Part shown: positions 1-12,485 of the stretch, in pieces
Layout of the letters: each line of letters starts with the position of its first letter
Position numbering within the stretch: position 1 is the first letter of the stretch
Origin: the human T2T-CHM13v2.0 reference genome, Homo sapiens
Assembly (NCBI RefSeq): GCF_009914755.1
Contig: NC_060928.1
Strand: one strand, 5' to 3'
Length of the DNA: 64,000 bases
Program-made: the position numbers and the translations under genes
Notes under the pieces: generated by a model
The model's database searches: none
What the model was told of the DNA's origin: nothing
What the model saw: the letters and a program-made list of their open reading frames with translations, nothing else

Positions 1-1489
1 GGGAAATGATAAAAATATATTAACTCCTAAAATAGATTATGTCTAATAACACAAAAAGGATTCAATAATAGTTGAAATGTACTGTTGATTTTAAGATAGA
101 AAAGGGTATAGCTTGTAATAGACAAAGATTGAGTTTGAATTAAACAATTCCTAATGAACAGTGAAAACAATAATAAATAATTCATACAATTAAACTTGTA
201 CTGCAAAATATTAATATAAAATGACAAAATGAGACTTAAATAGATAGTAAATCATTAAGACATTCCAGGATACAGAAAATTAAACAACAAGATAAAAATA
301 CTTCAAGAGGATCTACTTTAAAGTTAGAGATCCAAGATGTGTGTAAGTTCTCTCATGAACAGAAAAAACTGATGGAGAATCGAAAAAGGTAATACTAGAA
401 CTAATTTCCTCAGGGTAGAAGTCCTAAGATTTGCAATTGAGCCAGCTCATCACAGCCAAAAATCAACATTGAGGCATTTTCATATGCTTTAAAAATTGTG
501 TGAAACTAAAATGTATTTAATTTTTAAAGCAATACAGAATTAGGACTGATTTGACTGTTTTCCTTAATTTAGAAAAACTGCAGAGAAATTGAACTGATAT
601 GAAACAATCATAGATAAAATATATTTCCAGTATCACGGACATACATTGCAATCCTTCTCAAGCCTAAGTTTTAAGACATATTTGAAATTAAATTCAAACT
701 ATGAAATCTAATGTCTAAGGAAAGTATTGTTCTGTTTGCTGTTAATCTTAAAACAAACTAGATAAACTAAACTACTGACAATGTAAATGAATGAGAATTC
801 CAATGAATAATACACAAGTGATCAACGGTGAGAAAACATTAGGAAAATAACACAATACATTAGCTTTGGAAATCTAAAACATTGAGTTCTAGCATATATT
901 AGATTTGGAATTCAAGCTGCTATTGTTTTCCTTCTTAAAATTTAAACAAAACTGATAATGATTTGATCAGATGCAAAGACAAATACTTAATTTAATATTT
1001 TATTTTGACCTTATTATTAAATATCACGTAATGTGCTTATGTTTTGTACAATTATTTAAGCATTTTTTTTATGATAAGGTTACTTTTTTATGATAAAGGA
1101 TAAAATAATTTTACAGTAAAACAAAAGCATTTAACACTGTTGCGGTGAATGTTACCATTTTTGAATCTTGGGAATGCAGGTTCATATGCAAGAAGTTACC
1201 AAGAAAAGTAGCTAACTTGATGAGTAGGGAGCTGTTAGTGGAGTAACAAGATTGGCAAATAAGTGATTTTTTTTCAACAAATGTTGGATATTCTATAATA
1301 TGTTATAAATTTCAAATATTGAATATGTATTTATTAACATCAATTAGTCACAGTCTATACATTAAAGTATAATAATGCATTATTAAAGTATATTAAGAAT
1401 AACTTTTCAGAGTGAATTTTTTTATCACTATATGAGAAATTCTGTCCTAAACACTTTAGATGAATATATTCTTTTATTACACCAAACAG

Positions 1490-1650
1490 CAAAGTAAAAT
1501 GGATAGGATTATACATTTTACAGATGAGGAAGCTGAGACACAAAAAACCTAAGAAAATTTTGCTAGTATTAATTAATTGGAATGTGGTAGAAGCTCATAT
1601 TTTAGCCAGGGACACTGACTCCAGTGTCTTGAATATTAACTACTTTGCTA
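1490..1650 (-). mobile_element. MIR SINE fragment
   Basis: 'ttttacagatgaggaagctgagacaca...aagaaaattttgc...gtggtagaagc...ctgactccag' matches the reverse complement of the MIR core. Confidence 0.7.
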
Positions 1651-2150
1651 GATAGATTTCAAAACTAGTGAGATAATGTTTAACAGTTGGTATAAGGATT
1701 TATTCCTACGGTTACTGAAATTGGTATGATACTCTGGCAACACCCCTACCATTAATAACATAAAAATTTATTTAAATTGCCTCTATATTATAAAGCAATA
1801 TTTCTTTCAGTGGAATTTATTTTTAGTAAATGACTATTTAAAAATTTACATGTATAAAAGGTAAAAATTTTTATGGAAAATTAGAAATGACCTGAGTTCC
1901 TTCTTTAGAAAAAGGGCATGTCTACTTTATGAACTATAATGTACTCATAATAAATGTGAGAATTTTTCAGCAGCAAATTAACTTGCTACCAAAAAGGAAA
2001 AAGGTAGAATTCAAATTGTTTGTAAACTATATTTTAACTATGTACAAAATTATATATATGGAAAAATAAATTTAGACATATCAATCAAACCACAGCTACA
2101 TTTCAAACATCAATGATTATTAAATCCTAAGATCTTTTTCTAAGGTGTAA

Positions 2151-2842
2151 CTTTTTTTAACTTTATTTTAAGTTTAGGGGTATATGTGCAGGTTTGTTAC
2201 ACAGATAAACGTGTGTCATGGGGGTTTGTTATACAGATTATTTCACCACCCATGTATTAAGCCTAGTACCCATTAGTTATTTTTCTTGATTCTCTTCCTC
2301 CTCCTATCCTCCAGCCTCTGATAGGCCCCAGGGTATGTTATTCCCCTCTGTGTGTCCATGTGTTCTCATCATTTAGATCCCACTTATAAGTGAGAATTTG
2401 TGGTATTTGGTTTTTCTGTTTCTGGGTTGGTTTGATAAGAATAATGGCCTCCAGCTCCATTCATGCCCCTGTGAAACACATAATCTTGTTAATTTTTATG
2501 GCTGCATAGTATTCCATTGTGTATACATATCACATTTTCTTAATCCAGTCTATCATTGGTGGGTATTAGGTTGATTCTATGTTTTTGCTATCATGAATAG
2601 TGCTGTAATGAACATTTGCATGCCTGTGTCTTTATAATAGAATGATTTATTATTCCTTTGGGTAAATACCCAGTAATGGGTTTGATGGATCAAATGATAT
2701 TTCTATTTTTAGGTCTCTGAAGAATCTCCATACCATCTTCCACAATTGTTGAACTAATTTACACTTCCAGTAACAATGTGTAAGTGTTCCTTTTTCTCCA
2801 CAACCTCATCAGCATGTTATTTTTTGATTTTTAATAATAGAT
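2151..2842 (-). mobile_element. L1 3' end (L1PA13-16-like): 3' UTR plus ORF2 C-terminus, interrupted by THE1
   Basis: T-rich tail, then 'ttaagtttaggggtatatgtgcaggtttgttac...gtgtcatgggggtttgtt..acagattatttcaccacc...gcctagtacccattagttatt', typical of older L1PA 3' UTRs, followed by antisense ORF2 sequence. Confidence 0.85.
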
Positions 2843-3209
2843 TGTATTAGTCTGTTCTCACATTGCTAATAAAGACATACCTGAGACTGGGTAATTTATA
2901 AAGGAAAGAGACTCACAGTTCAGCATGGCTGGGTAGGCCTCAGGAAACTTACAATCATGTTGGAAGGGGGAGCAAACACATCCTTCTTCACATGGTGGCA
3001 GGAAGGAGAAGAACCAGCTAAGTAGGGGAAAGTCCCTTATAAAACCATCAGATCTCATGAGAACTCACTCACTATCATGAAAACAGCATGAGGGTAATCA
3101 CCTCCATGATTCAATTACCTCCCACTGGGTCCCTCCTACAACACATTGTGGATTATAGGAACTATAATTCAAAATGAGATTTGAGGGGGAACACAGTCAA
3201 ACCATATCA
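2843..3209 (-). mobile_element. THE1 (THE1C/D-like) MaLR LTR
   Basis: Starts 'tgtattagtctgttctcacattgctaataaagacatacctgagactggg' and ends 'acacagtcaaaccatatca'; about 367 bp with TG...CA termini. Confidence 0.92.
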
Positions 3210-4223
3210 TTCTGCCCTGGCCCCTCACAAACCTCACGTCCTCACATTTCAAAACACAATTATGCCCTTCCAACTTTCCCCCAAAGTCTTAACTCATTCC
3301 AGCATTAACTCAAAAGTCCAAGTCCAAAGTCTTATCTGAGACAAGGTAAGTCCCTTTTGCCTATGAGGCTGTAAAACCAAAAGCAAGTTAGTTACTTCCT
3401 AGATACAATGGAGGAACAGGCACTGGGTAAATACATTTTTTCCAAATGGGAAAAACTGGCCAAAATGAAGGGGCTACAGGCCCCATGTAAGTCCTATATC
3501 TAATAGGGCAGTCATTAAACCTTAAAGTTTCAAAATGATTTCCTTTGAATCCATGTATCACATCCAGGACATGTTGATGTCTTCAAGAGGCGGACTCCCA
3601 TGGCCTTTGTCAGCTCTGACCCTGTGGTTCTGCAGGGTACAGCCTCCCTCCCACTGCTTTCATGACTAGCATTAAGTATCTCTAGCTTTTCCAGGAATAC
3701 AGTGCAAGCTGTTGATAGATCTACCGTTCTGCGGCCTGGAGAATTATGGCACTCTTCTCACAGCTCCACTAGGTTGTGCCCCAGTGGAGACTCTGTGTGT
3801 AGACTCTGACCCCACATTTCCCTTCCACATTGCCCTAGAAGAGGTTCTCCATGAAGACTCTGCCCCTGCAGCAAACTACTTCCTAGACATCCAGGCATTT
3901 CCACACATCCTTTGAATTCTAGGCGGAGGTTCCCTAACCTTTATTCTTGACTTCTGTGCACTTGCAGGACCAACAACACATGGAAGCTGCCAAGGCTTGG
4001 GGTTTACACCCTCTGAAGCAATGGCCTGAGCTGCACCTTGGACCTTTTTAGCCAAAGCTGAAGCAGCTGAGAGGCAAGGCCCCAAGTCTCAGGCTTCATA
4101 CAGTAGGGGGCACCTGGACCTAGCCCAGGAAACTATTTTTCCCTTAATGGCATACCCTCCCATCACAGGCCCAGAAGCCTAGGACATAACCTGGAGGCAT
4201 TTTCCCCTTTGTCTTGGTGATTA
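3210..4223 (-). mobile_element. THE1 internal sequence, truncated (second LTR absent)
   Basis: 'ttctgccctggcccctcacaaacctcacgtcctcacatttcaaaacacaat...ccaaagtcttaactcattcc' directly abuts the LTR; similarity stops at 'gtcttggtgatta'. Confidence 0.88.
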
Positions 4224-4491
4224 GATGCAGCACCCCCAGGGGGAACTTTGCCCCTCCCATTTGGGCACAACCACTGAAGACTTCCTCATCTTTGCCACAT
4301 AAAAGCCCCAGAACACAGCCCCATTTCTGGCAACCCTCTTTGGGTCCCCTCTCTTTGCTGAGAACTTTTCTGTTGCTTAATAAAACTTTGCTCTACATTA
4401 TTCCTTCTCTGGTGTCTGCGTGCTTTATTCTTCTTGGTCATGGGACAAGAACTTAGACCTAGTTGAACTGAGGAGCGATTAGGCTGCAACA
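4224..4491 (+). mobile_element. 3' portion of an ERV1-class LTR (LTR1/LTR27/MER61-like; family uncertain)
   Basis: TATA-like 'cataaaagcccc', 'tgggtcccctctctttgctgagaac', AATAAA near 4379, 'ttcttcttggtcatgggacaagaact', terminal '...gctgcaaca'. Confidence 0.65.
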
Positions 4492-5137
4492 CTAATATCA
4501 ACCAAAAAATTAGAGAACAAAGGGCAAACAGACCTCAAAGCTAGCAGAAGACAAGAAACAACCCAAATCAGAGCAGATCTGAAGGAGACAGAGACACAGT
4601 AAAACTACCCTAAGATCAATGAATCCAGGAGGTTGTTTTTTTAAAAATTTAATAAAATAGCTCACCAGCTAGACTAATAAAGAAGAAAAGAGAAGATTCA
4701 AATAAACACAATCAGAAATGATAAGGGAGATATTACCACCGACTCCACAGAAATACCAAACAACCATCAGAGAATATTATAAACACCTCTAGGCACATAA
4801 ACTAGAAAATCTAGAAGAAATGGATAAATTTCTGGACACATACACCCTTCCAAGACTGAACCAGGAAGAAATTGAATCCCCACAAGACCAATAAAGAGTT
4901 CTGAAATTGAAGCAGTAATAAGTAGCCTACCAACTAAAAAAACCCCAGGACCAGATGGAATCACAGCTGAATTCTATCAAATGTACCAAGAGGAGTTGGT
5001 ACCTTTCCTACAAACTATTCAAAAAAAATTTCAAAGGAGGGACTCCTCCCTAACTCAATCTATGAAGCCAGCAATATCCTAATACCAAAACCTGGCAGAG
5101 ATACAACAAAAAAAAAGAAAACTTCAGGCCGATATCT
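4492..5137 (+). mobile_element. L1 ORF2 fragment (EN-RT linker), degenerate
   Basis: 'aaagctagcagaagacaagaaa...aaactagaaaatctagaagaaatggataaatt...ccaggaccagatgga' is colinear with roughly 19470-20130 of the full-length L1 in this window. Confidence 0.9.
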
Positions 5138-6763
5138 ATATTGTGTTATTTTACTTTTAATAGGAATTCTTCAGTATAAACTGGCAGCCTCTTTCTAGAA
5201 GACAACATAGCAATAATCATATGCTCTTTGACTCTTAATCCTTCTTCTAAAAGTTAAACTCAGTGTGCTTGAAGATTTACCTATATATATGTTCATAACA
5301 GAAATATTTGTTGCAATAAAACACTGGCAACAATTAAAAGCCATTAATAGATACAAATCCTGAGTCATCCCCATGATTTAAAACAAGCAGTCATGAGCAT
5401 ATAGTACAAAAATATTTAATGACATAGGACCTTGGCAAGAAATACTTTGATTAGTTGAATGGTGTTGATATCTTTTAGGTGAATTTATGGGTAATCTAAT
5501 TTTTTAAGAGATCTTCTCCATTTGTGGTGATTAACATATAGGGTATTACTTTCATGTTTGCAAGAAACAAACACATGCTTATGTCTCAAAAGTCACTCTG
5601 CAAATGTTTATGTTACTATTAAATAATATATTTGTAGTCCTTTATTCTTATTTTCCTAGAAAATTGTATATTAGAAAAACTATAATTTTTTTTTTTTTAC
5701 TTAATGGCAGGGTCTAAAATGCTATACTGAATTAAATAATTATCTTTGTAGTTGGTCAAGCTATTCTTATTTTGATTTAAATTCCACTGAGGGAAATAGC
5801 AGCTAAAATATTCAGATATTGAGTAAGACATGCTGGTAACTATACCTTCACTTATTTAAACCATTCCTTAACTTTTGCAATACTTAAGAAATATGAGTAG
5901 TAATTATAGCTTTATATGGAGCCCTTCTAACTGAAAGTTGACATATATTTGTTTAATAAAAGCCTATTATTAGGGCTACAAACTGTACCTTTGTAGACTG
6001 TGAGCTAACAAAACAATTTAATCTCAAATACTTTAAACCTTTCTTCTTAGCAGTGCTGTAAATGAATTTTTAATAAAATTTGTGTTAAAAAATTAAGACC
6101 TTCTGAATTATAGTGTGTCATATTTTCAACATAGAGGAAATTGATATTGAGAACATTATATGAATACAAAATAAACATTTCTACCTACATTCTCAATTTA
6201 TTTTATAATCAATTGTAAAGATAAGCTGCTAATTTCATGTAAATATATTTAGAATTCTCTAAATTTAAGCTTCTTTGAATGCTATTCTTAATTATATGCT
6301 TGTTATATTATAGTTTTATCACATTATCTATGAGCAGTGTTTAAAAGGCATTTTTCTATTCTAACTTTCAGACTGTCATTTTGGAAGCCAAGATAAGTTA
6401 CATTTATATTACAATGTTTACATAAGTTCCAAGTTATGGAAGCTTTTAATATTCAAGGGCCATTTCTATGAACAGCTTTATGAAATGATATTACTTTAGC
6501 AATTGACTAGCACTGCAGCATTGTTTTCAAGGAAGCTGTCCTTGAAAGCCAATGTATTTTAAGAAGGTTAATTAAGGTCACATTTATAATAGAGTGGAAT
6601 GGAATCTAGAATCAAACTAAGTAACTTTATATCAGACTAGGAAGTAGTTCCCTAAACAATAAATAAGGAAGGAGAGATGTAATGAGCAAATAACTTGCAC
6701 CACGTATGTAGAAAGAAATGTCTACATATACAGAGACTCTAGCTGAGAAATCATTTAGGTCTT

Positions 6764-7230
6764 TGTATGATCTTCCTAGGGCTGCTGTAATAAAGTAGAT
6801 ACAAATAGGGTGGGTTTACAAAGCAGAAATTTATTAGCTTACAGTTCTGGAGGCTAGAAGAACAAAATCAAAGTTTTCTCAGGGCTACACACCCTCTGAA
6901 AGCTATAGGGGAAATCCTTCCTTGTCTCTTCCTAACTTCCAGTGATCTGCAAGCAATCTTTAGCATTCCTTGACTTGAAGCCACATGACTCCAATCTTTG
7001 CCTTTGTTGCCACATGGCATTCTCCCTGTGTGTTTTCATATCTTCATAGGGAAGTATTCTTTTAAAGACACCAGTCATATTGGGTTAGGGACACACCCCA
7101 TTAATTAACTCATGTTTACAAATTAAATCTACTACTAAGACACTGTTTTCAATGTCACATTCTAACTGAGATACTAGGGTTTAGAAATTCAACATATCTT
7201 TACTGGAGGGACACAACTGAACCCCTAACA
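6764..7230 (-). mobile_element. MLT1 (MLT1B/C-like) solo LTR
   Basis: 'tgtat...cctagggctgctgtaataaagta...acagttctggaggctagaag...gacaccagtcatattgg...gggacacaactgaacccctaaca'; 5-bp TSD gtctt/gtttt. Confidence 0.88.
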
Positions 7231-8542
7231 GTTTTGATGACTATTGTATGAAGTTCTTAGGAAAGAAAATTGTGAGTTATCTGTACTTGAATCTCTACAG
7301 AGTTCTACAAGTCAAGAAATTCTTGAGACCAAGACAGAAAGAGTTGTTTTATATAACAGATCTAGTATTGTGCAGCTTAAATAAATGGCAGTATGTCAGA
7401 AAGTTTTACTGTCACTCACTACCTTAAGGATGGTCCTTATTCAAATGAAGGTGTGGAGTCTTTCTCATGCATGCAAAGAGAATTTGCATGTTAAGTCTAA
7501 GTTTTTATTAACAGAATGTTGCTCAGGTATAGGTTCTGCTGAGTAGAAATGTTTTCAGTATAAAATACTCTTCCTTCTACTTTTCTTCTCCAAGGTTTTG
7601 AATGAAACTTATTTGTAAGACTTAGATTGTGTCGTTATACATATTTACAGCACATTAAATAATTTTGGATAAAAATATGAAACCATATTTTGTTTCCTTT
7701 AAGGCTTCACCATTTCTTTTCTTTTTTCAGCTTCCCTAATTCCAAATTGCTTTATTTTCATCATTTTTCTATAGTCATTATTTTCATCATTTTGCTGTAG
7801 CCATTAAACTAAGGTAATATAATATTTCCACTCTTTCTTTCTATCACAATAGCATAACTCTACAAAAATTCACCGGGGGGAAAACAAAACAATTAGATTC
7901 ACATTTGGACAATGTTTTCGTAAACATGGTATAAGGATGATCCTTTTGTAATTTTGCCTATATTTTCTTTCATATAGAAAAATCTACACATTTTGCATAA
8001 TCAACCACTGTGAAATAAAGTAGGGCTACTTTAAAACTACCCCAGAATATGAGCAAAAATTATCTTTCAAAAGATTATCTTTAGAAAAATCTCCAATCCT
8101 AACATAGTACTTAGTTCACAAATATTCACTATGTATCTAGTTACAGCAAACTTAGTGCTATTTGTCATGCAGTTATGCATTTTTAAGAAGTTAACTGTGT
8201 AGAATGCTATGTGCCAAATACAGTTCCAACTATTTCTTAAGTGATAACTCATTTAATTCTTTTCTTATTTAATAATTCATTTAATTCTCACAAATATCAG
8301 AATGTGCTTCATATAGGAGAATTTATGAAGGCTATATTATAAAATAGCCTGATTTCAATTACTTATCTGACAGTTAAAATTCATGAAAAAGGCTTAAAAT
8401 TATTGTATTGCTTTAAATATTTGACCGAAATCATTGGTGTGTTTATTTACAAGATTGTAATAAACATCAAAAATTGTTATAAATATATCATATGTGCAGG
8501 AATAAACCCATGGCCACATTTTAGTCTGTGTTGACATAATTC

Positions 8543-9524
8543 TATTTTATTATTATTTTTTATTTCAATAGGTTTTGGGGGAACAGGTGGTATTTGGTTC
8601 ATTAATAACTTCTTTAGTGATTTCTGAGATTTTAGTGTACCCATCACCCAAACAGTGTACACTGTACCCAATGTGTAGTCTTTTATCCCTCACCCCTCTC
8701 CCACCCTTTTCCCTGAGTCCCCAAAGTCCATTGTGTCATTCTTATGCCTTTGCATCCTCATACCTTAGCTTCCACTTATGAGTAAGAATATGTGATGTTT
8801 GATTTTTCATTCCTGAGTTACTTCACTTAGGATAATGGTCTCCAATTCCATCCAGGTTGCTGCAAATGCCATTAATTTGTTCCTTTTTATGGCTGAGTAG
8901 TACTCCATGGTATACCATATTTTCTCTACCCACTTGTTGATTGATGGACATTTGGGCTGGTTCCATATTTTTGCAATTGCAAATTGTGCTGCTATAAACG
9001 TGTGTGTAGGTATCCTTTCGTATAATGACCTCTTTTCCTCTGGGTAGATAACAAGGAGTGAGACTGCTGGATCAAATGGTAAATTTACTTTTAGTTCTTT
9101 AAGGAATCTCCACATTGTTATTTATAGTGATTGTACTAGTTTACATTCCCATCAATAGTGTAGAAGTGTTCCCTTTTTACCATGCCAACATTTATTGTTT
9201 TTTAACCTTTTGATTATGGCCATTCTTGCAGAAGTGACGTGGTATTGCATTGTGATTTTGATCTGCATTTCCCTGATCATTAGTGATGTCGAGCATTTTT
9301 TCATGTTTGTTTGCCATTTGTGTATCTTCTTTTGAGGATTGTCTATTCATGTCCTTAGCCCACTTTTTGATGGGATTGTTTGTTTTGTTCTTGGTGTTTT
9401 GTTTGTGTTCCTTGCAGATTCTGGATATTAGTCTTTTGTTGGATGTATAGATTGTGACAGTTTCTACCACTCTTTGAGTCATCTCTTTGCTCTGCTGACT
9501 GTTTCTTTTGCTGTGCAAAACCTT
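8543..9524 (-). mobile_element. 5'-truncated L1PB1-like element
   Basis: T-rich tail, 3' UTR 'tttcaataggttttggggaacaggtgg...gtgtacactgtacccaatgtgtagtc', and ORF 8807..9115(-) encoding the ORF2 C-terminus ([23 protein letters not shown]). Confidence 0.92.
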
Positions 9525-9754
9525 AGTATGAGGATGCAAAGGCATGAGAATGATACAATGAGATCTGGGGACTCGGGGGAAAGGGTGGGGGGCGGTGTGA
9601 GGGATAAAAAACTGTAAATTGGGTACAGTGTACACTGCTCAGGTGATAGGTGCACCAAAATCTCAGAAATCACCACTAAAGAAATTGTTCATGTAACCAA
9701 ACACCACTTGTTCCCCAAAAAACTATTGAAATTAAAAAAAGCAAAAAAAAAAAA
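9525..9754 (+). mobile_element. Short L1PB1-like 3' UTR with poly-A tail, fused back-to-back to the previous element
   Basis: 'tatgaggatgcaaaggcatgagaatgatacaatg...gggtacagtgtacactgc...ctattgaaattaaaaaaa' is the inverted counterpart of about 8560-8763. Confidence 0.9.
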
Positions 9755-10629
9755 GTATTATTTGTGTAATACTAAAGGCATGAGAGGTTACTTCTGAGCA
9801 ACTTAGAAATTGCAGTCAAAAATAAGATTTGCTCAAAATCTTAGTACCAAGAGAACAATGCTATTTACATTTTGACATACATACCTCTCATTTTGGTTTT
9901 CTGTATCTATTACACATCTCAAAGTCAGCTTGTAAAAACTGAATGCACCATTTCTGCATGAAAACTTATTGTTCTTTCAGAGGTCTCTATGGCCCCACAT
10001 AATACTACCATTTACTAAAATACCTAGGGTTTAGGTTGTACAAAACATCTCTTTATCCCCTACTCTCTATTTCAATCAGTTAATATGTTGTCAATTCTAT
10101 TTATAACCATATCTTCCAGGTCCTTTCATCTTTGTTTATTTCAATTATAGTTTTGCCAAATTTCTATTCAGTAACAATCTTTCCTGAAGTTAGACTAATC
10201 ATCATTCTCATTCAGTCCCTATATGAACTTTTTATTTTTAAATTATAAAGTTCAAATTTCTTCATATACCTTACAATGGTTCTTTCAAAGGTATATATTT
10301 CCTTGAATTCTATTCAGCAAAATTTCTTATTAATAAAATTTTTGAAATTTTGCATTTGAGCCATGCTTGACTTTAATTGCCTTCCACGCATGTGGCTCTC
10401 TAACTTTTGAGCGCCGGCTTTTATGGTTCCTCCCAACATTTTGCCTCCATTACCACACTTAATATTTAGGACCTTTTCTTACCTACATTGATTCAGTGAA
10501 ACATTTGTCAACTCATAGAATAACTTATGTTTCTCAGCCCTATATCTACAGATTTTGGTATTTCACTTGATGTGGACTCTTTCTTTACCACAATTTTTGG
10601 TGTAATGTATTTCTTCAAAGATAGCTTGA

Positions 10630-10745
10630 AAAAAATAATGACTGATATCTATCTTAATTATTCCTATATGCCCAGGAGAAAGCACAGTGTTTGGGGAAAA
10701 AATTAGTATCTGCAGATCTGATGAATGACTCAATGAATAATTTAT
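10630..10745 (+). mobile_element. L2 3' end fragment
   Basis: 'cctatatgcccaggagaaagcacagtg...tgatgaatgactcaatgaat' resembles the L2 terminus with its tgaa tail. Confidence 0.45.
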
Positions 10746-12140
10746 TATCTCATTTTCCAACTTGAACATTTAAGAGGTTTATTCTATTTTACTATTCAAA
10801 AAGCATTGCATTAAACATTCTTGCAGTTACATGTCTACATATATTTACAATTATTATATGTAGACAAGTTTATTTAAGATAAATATTTTACTATGTGTAC
10901 ATATATAATTTCTACTACCTTTGTATGGTATGAAACAATTTCAATATATTGAAAGATTGATAAACATACATTATTGTTTTCTGATACACATCTGGACACA
11001 TAATAAAGATATATATTTATAAAATTTGATAACTAAAAAACTATGTTCCATAATCATTTGGATTTGCTTCTTTTTAAATGTTGTTAAATATCTATTGTTG
11101 ACTTTTTATTACAATTATGTTGAAACATGAACAGAGGGAATGTTTTTATTTATGTTTGTATTTTCCAGAGAACTTAGACTGTGCCTTGAAAATGATGGTT
11201 ATAACGAGGGAGATAATAACTACTATTAATAATTGTACAGATGGGGTTTGCAGAACCAACACAATTCCATGTTTTCTATCTCCTGACTTTGTATGATTAT
11301 AAAAAACAAAGTAGAGAAAAAATCAAATATTTTCTGTTTATCTTCTAAAAATCGATATCAGACAATTTCGCACTACTCCTTAAAGCAGCACAAAAGACAA
11401 ATATTTTAGATTATATCTACCTGATTAAAAGGTTTTAATTGGAAATGTAACAATTCATAAAACATGCAATTTCTAAATACCCTAACTACCATACAGACAT
11501 AATATTCAGATTTCTGCTGATTTTATTTTCGATTTCTTTTGCATAAACACAGCACTGGCCTGTATTGGAATATATATATTTCTAGCCTAAGCTAGAATTG
11601 CCTTGATTTGTGTTCAATGAATTGAGTGGTAAAGCCTCCAGCAGCATATCCTAAAATGCGAAGTTATATCCCATACCAAACTTTGAATGTATTACAGAAA
11701 GCATTGAATTACTTCTTGCTAGTTCCATGTCTGTGAAAAAAAAATTAATTGTACATTTAATTTTCCAGCACTGCAAGGCAAAATATCAACTAGCATTAAA
11801 TGACTTGAAGAACACAATCAACTTTGGCAAATGTTATCTGAAAGGAATTCAGCAAATATATTACTTCATCTAAAAATAATAAGAGAACTCTTATACTTTA
11901 TTAAGTATTTATTATTGGCTATAGCTAATAGCAATCCATATTCCAAGACTACACTATTTATTATACCACTGCATTGTGCTACCCTTTATTATCAGAATTT
12001 TTAAAAATCCACATTTATTTGAAGTATAAAGGTATTAATACTATTTGGATGCCATTTTCCCCCAAATTCAATAGCATTTTTGTTTATATTTATTATTTTA
12101 TCTGATCCTGTATTGGTTTCAAAAGACAAATGTTCCAATT

Positions 12141-12485
12141 TGCTATGGTCTGAATGTTTGTGTCCCTCCAAATTTCTTTTATTGAAATATAATCCCCAAT
12201 GTGTTGGTATAAGAGGAGTGGCCTTTGTGAGGTGAGTAGGTCATGAAGGTGGAGCCCTTGTGGATGGGATTAGTTCCCTTACAAAAGAGCCCAAGGAAGT
12301 TTTTGTCCCTTTTGCCATGTGAGAACACATCAAAAGCTCCATCTTTGTAGAAGAAAGCAAGCCCTCACTAGACTCTGAATCTGCTCGTATCTTAGTCTTG
12401 AACTTCCTAGCCTACAGAACGGTTAGCAATAAATTTTTGTTGTTTATAAATTACCCAGTCTAAGGTATTTTGTTATAGCAAGACA
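12141..12485 (+). mobile_element. MaLR solo LTR (MLT1A/MSTD-like)
   Basis: 'tgctatggtctgaatgtttgtgtccctccaaat...ggtcatgaaggtggagccct...gggattag...aataaatttttgttgtttataaattacccagtctaaggtattttgttatagca'. Confidence 0.88.

Noticed and set aside
1-900. A-rich stretch possibly from an ancient L1M
   Set aside because: Strand bias is suggestive, but I could not match diagnostic motifs.
7752-7803. 26-bp tandem duplication (similar ones near 1062, 14373 and 24785)
   Set aside because: Isolated two-copy slippage duplications are common in mammalian DNA and do not form an array.
9192-9635. 147-aa minus-strand ORF as a chimeric protein
   Set aside because: Chance read-through across the L1PB inversion junction, in non-native frames and without a real ATG start.
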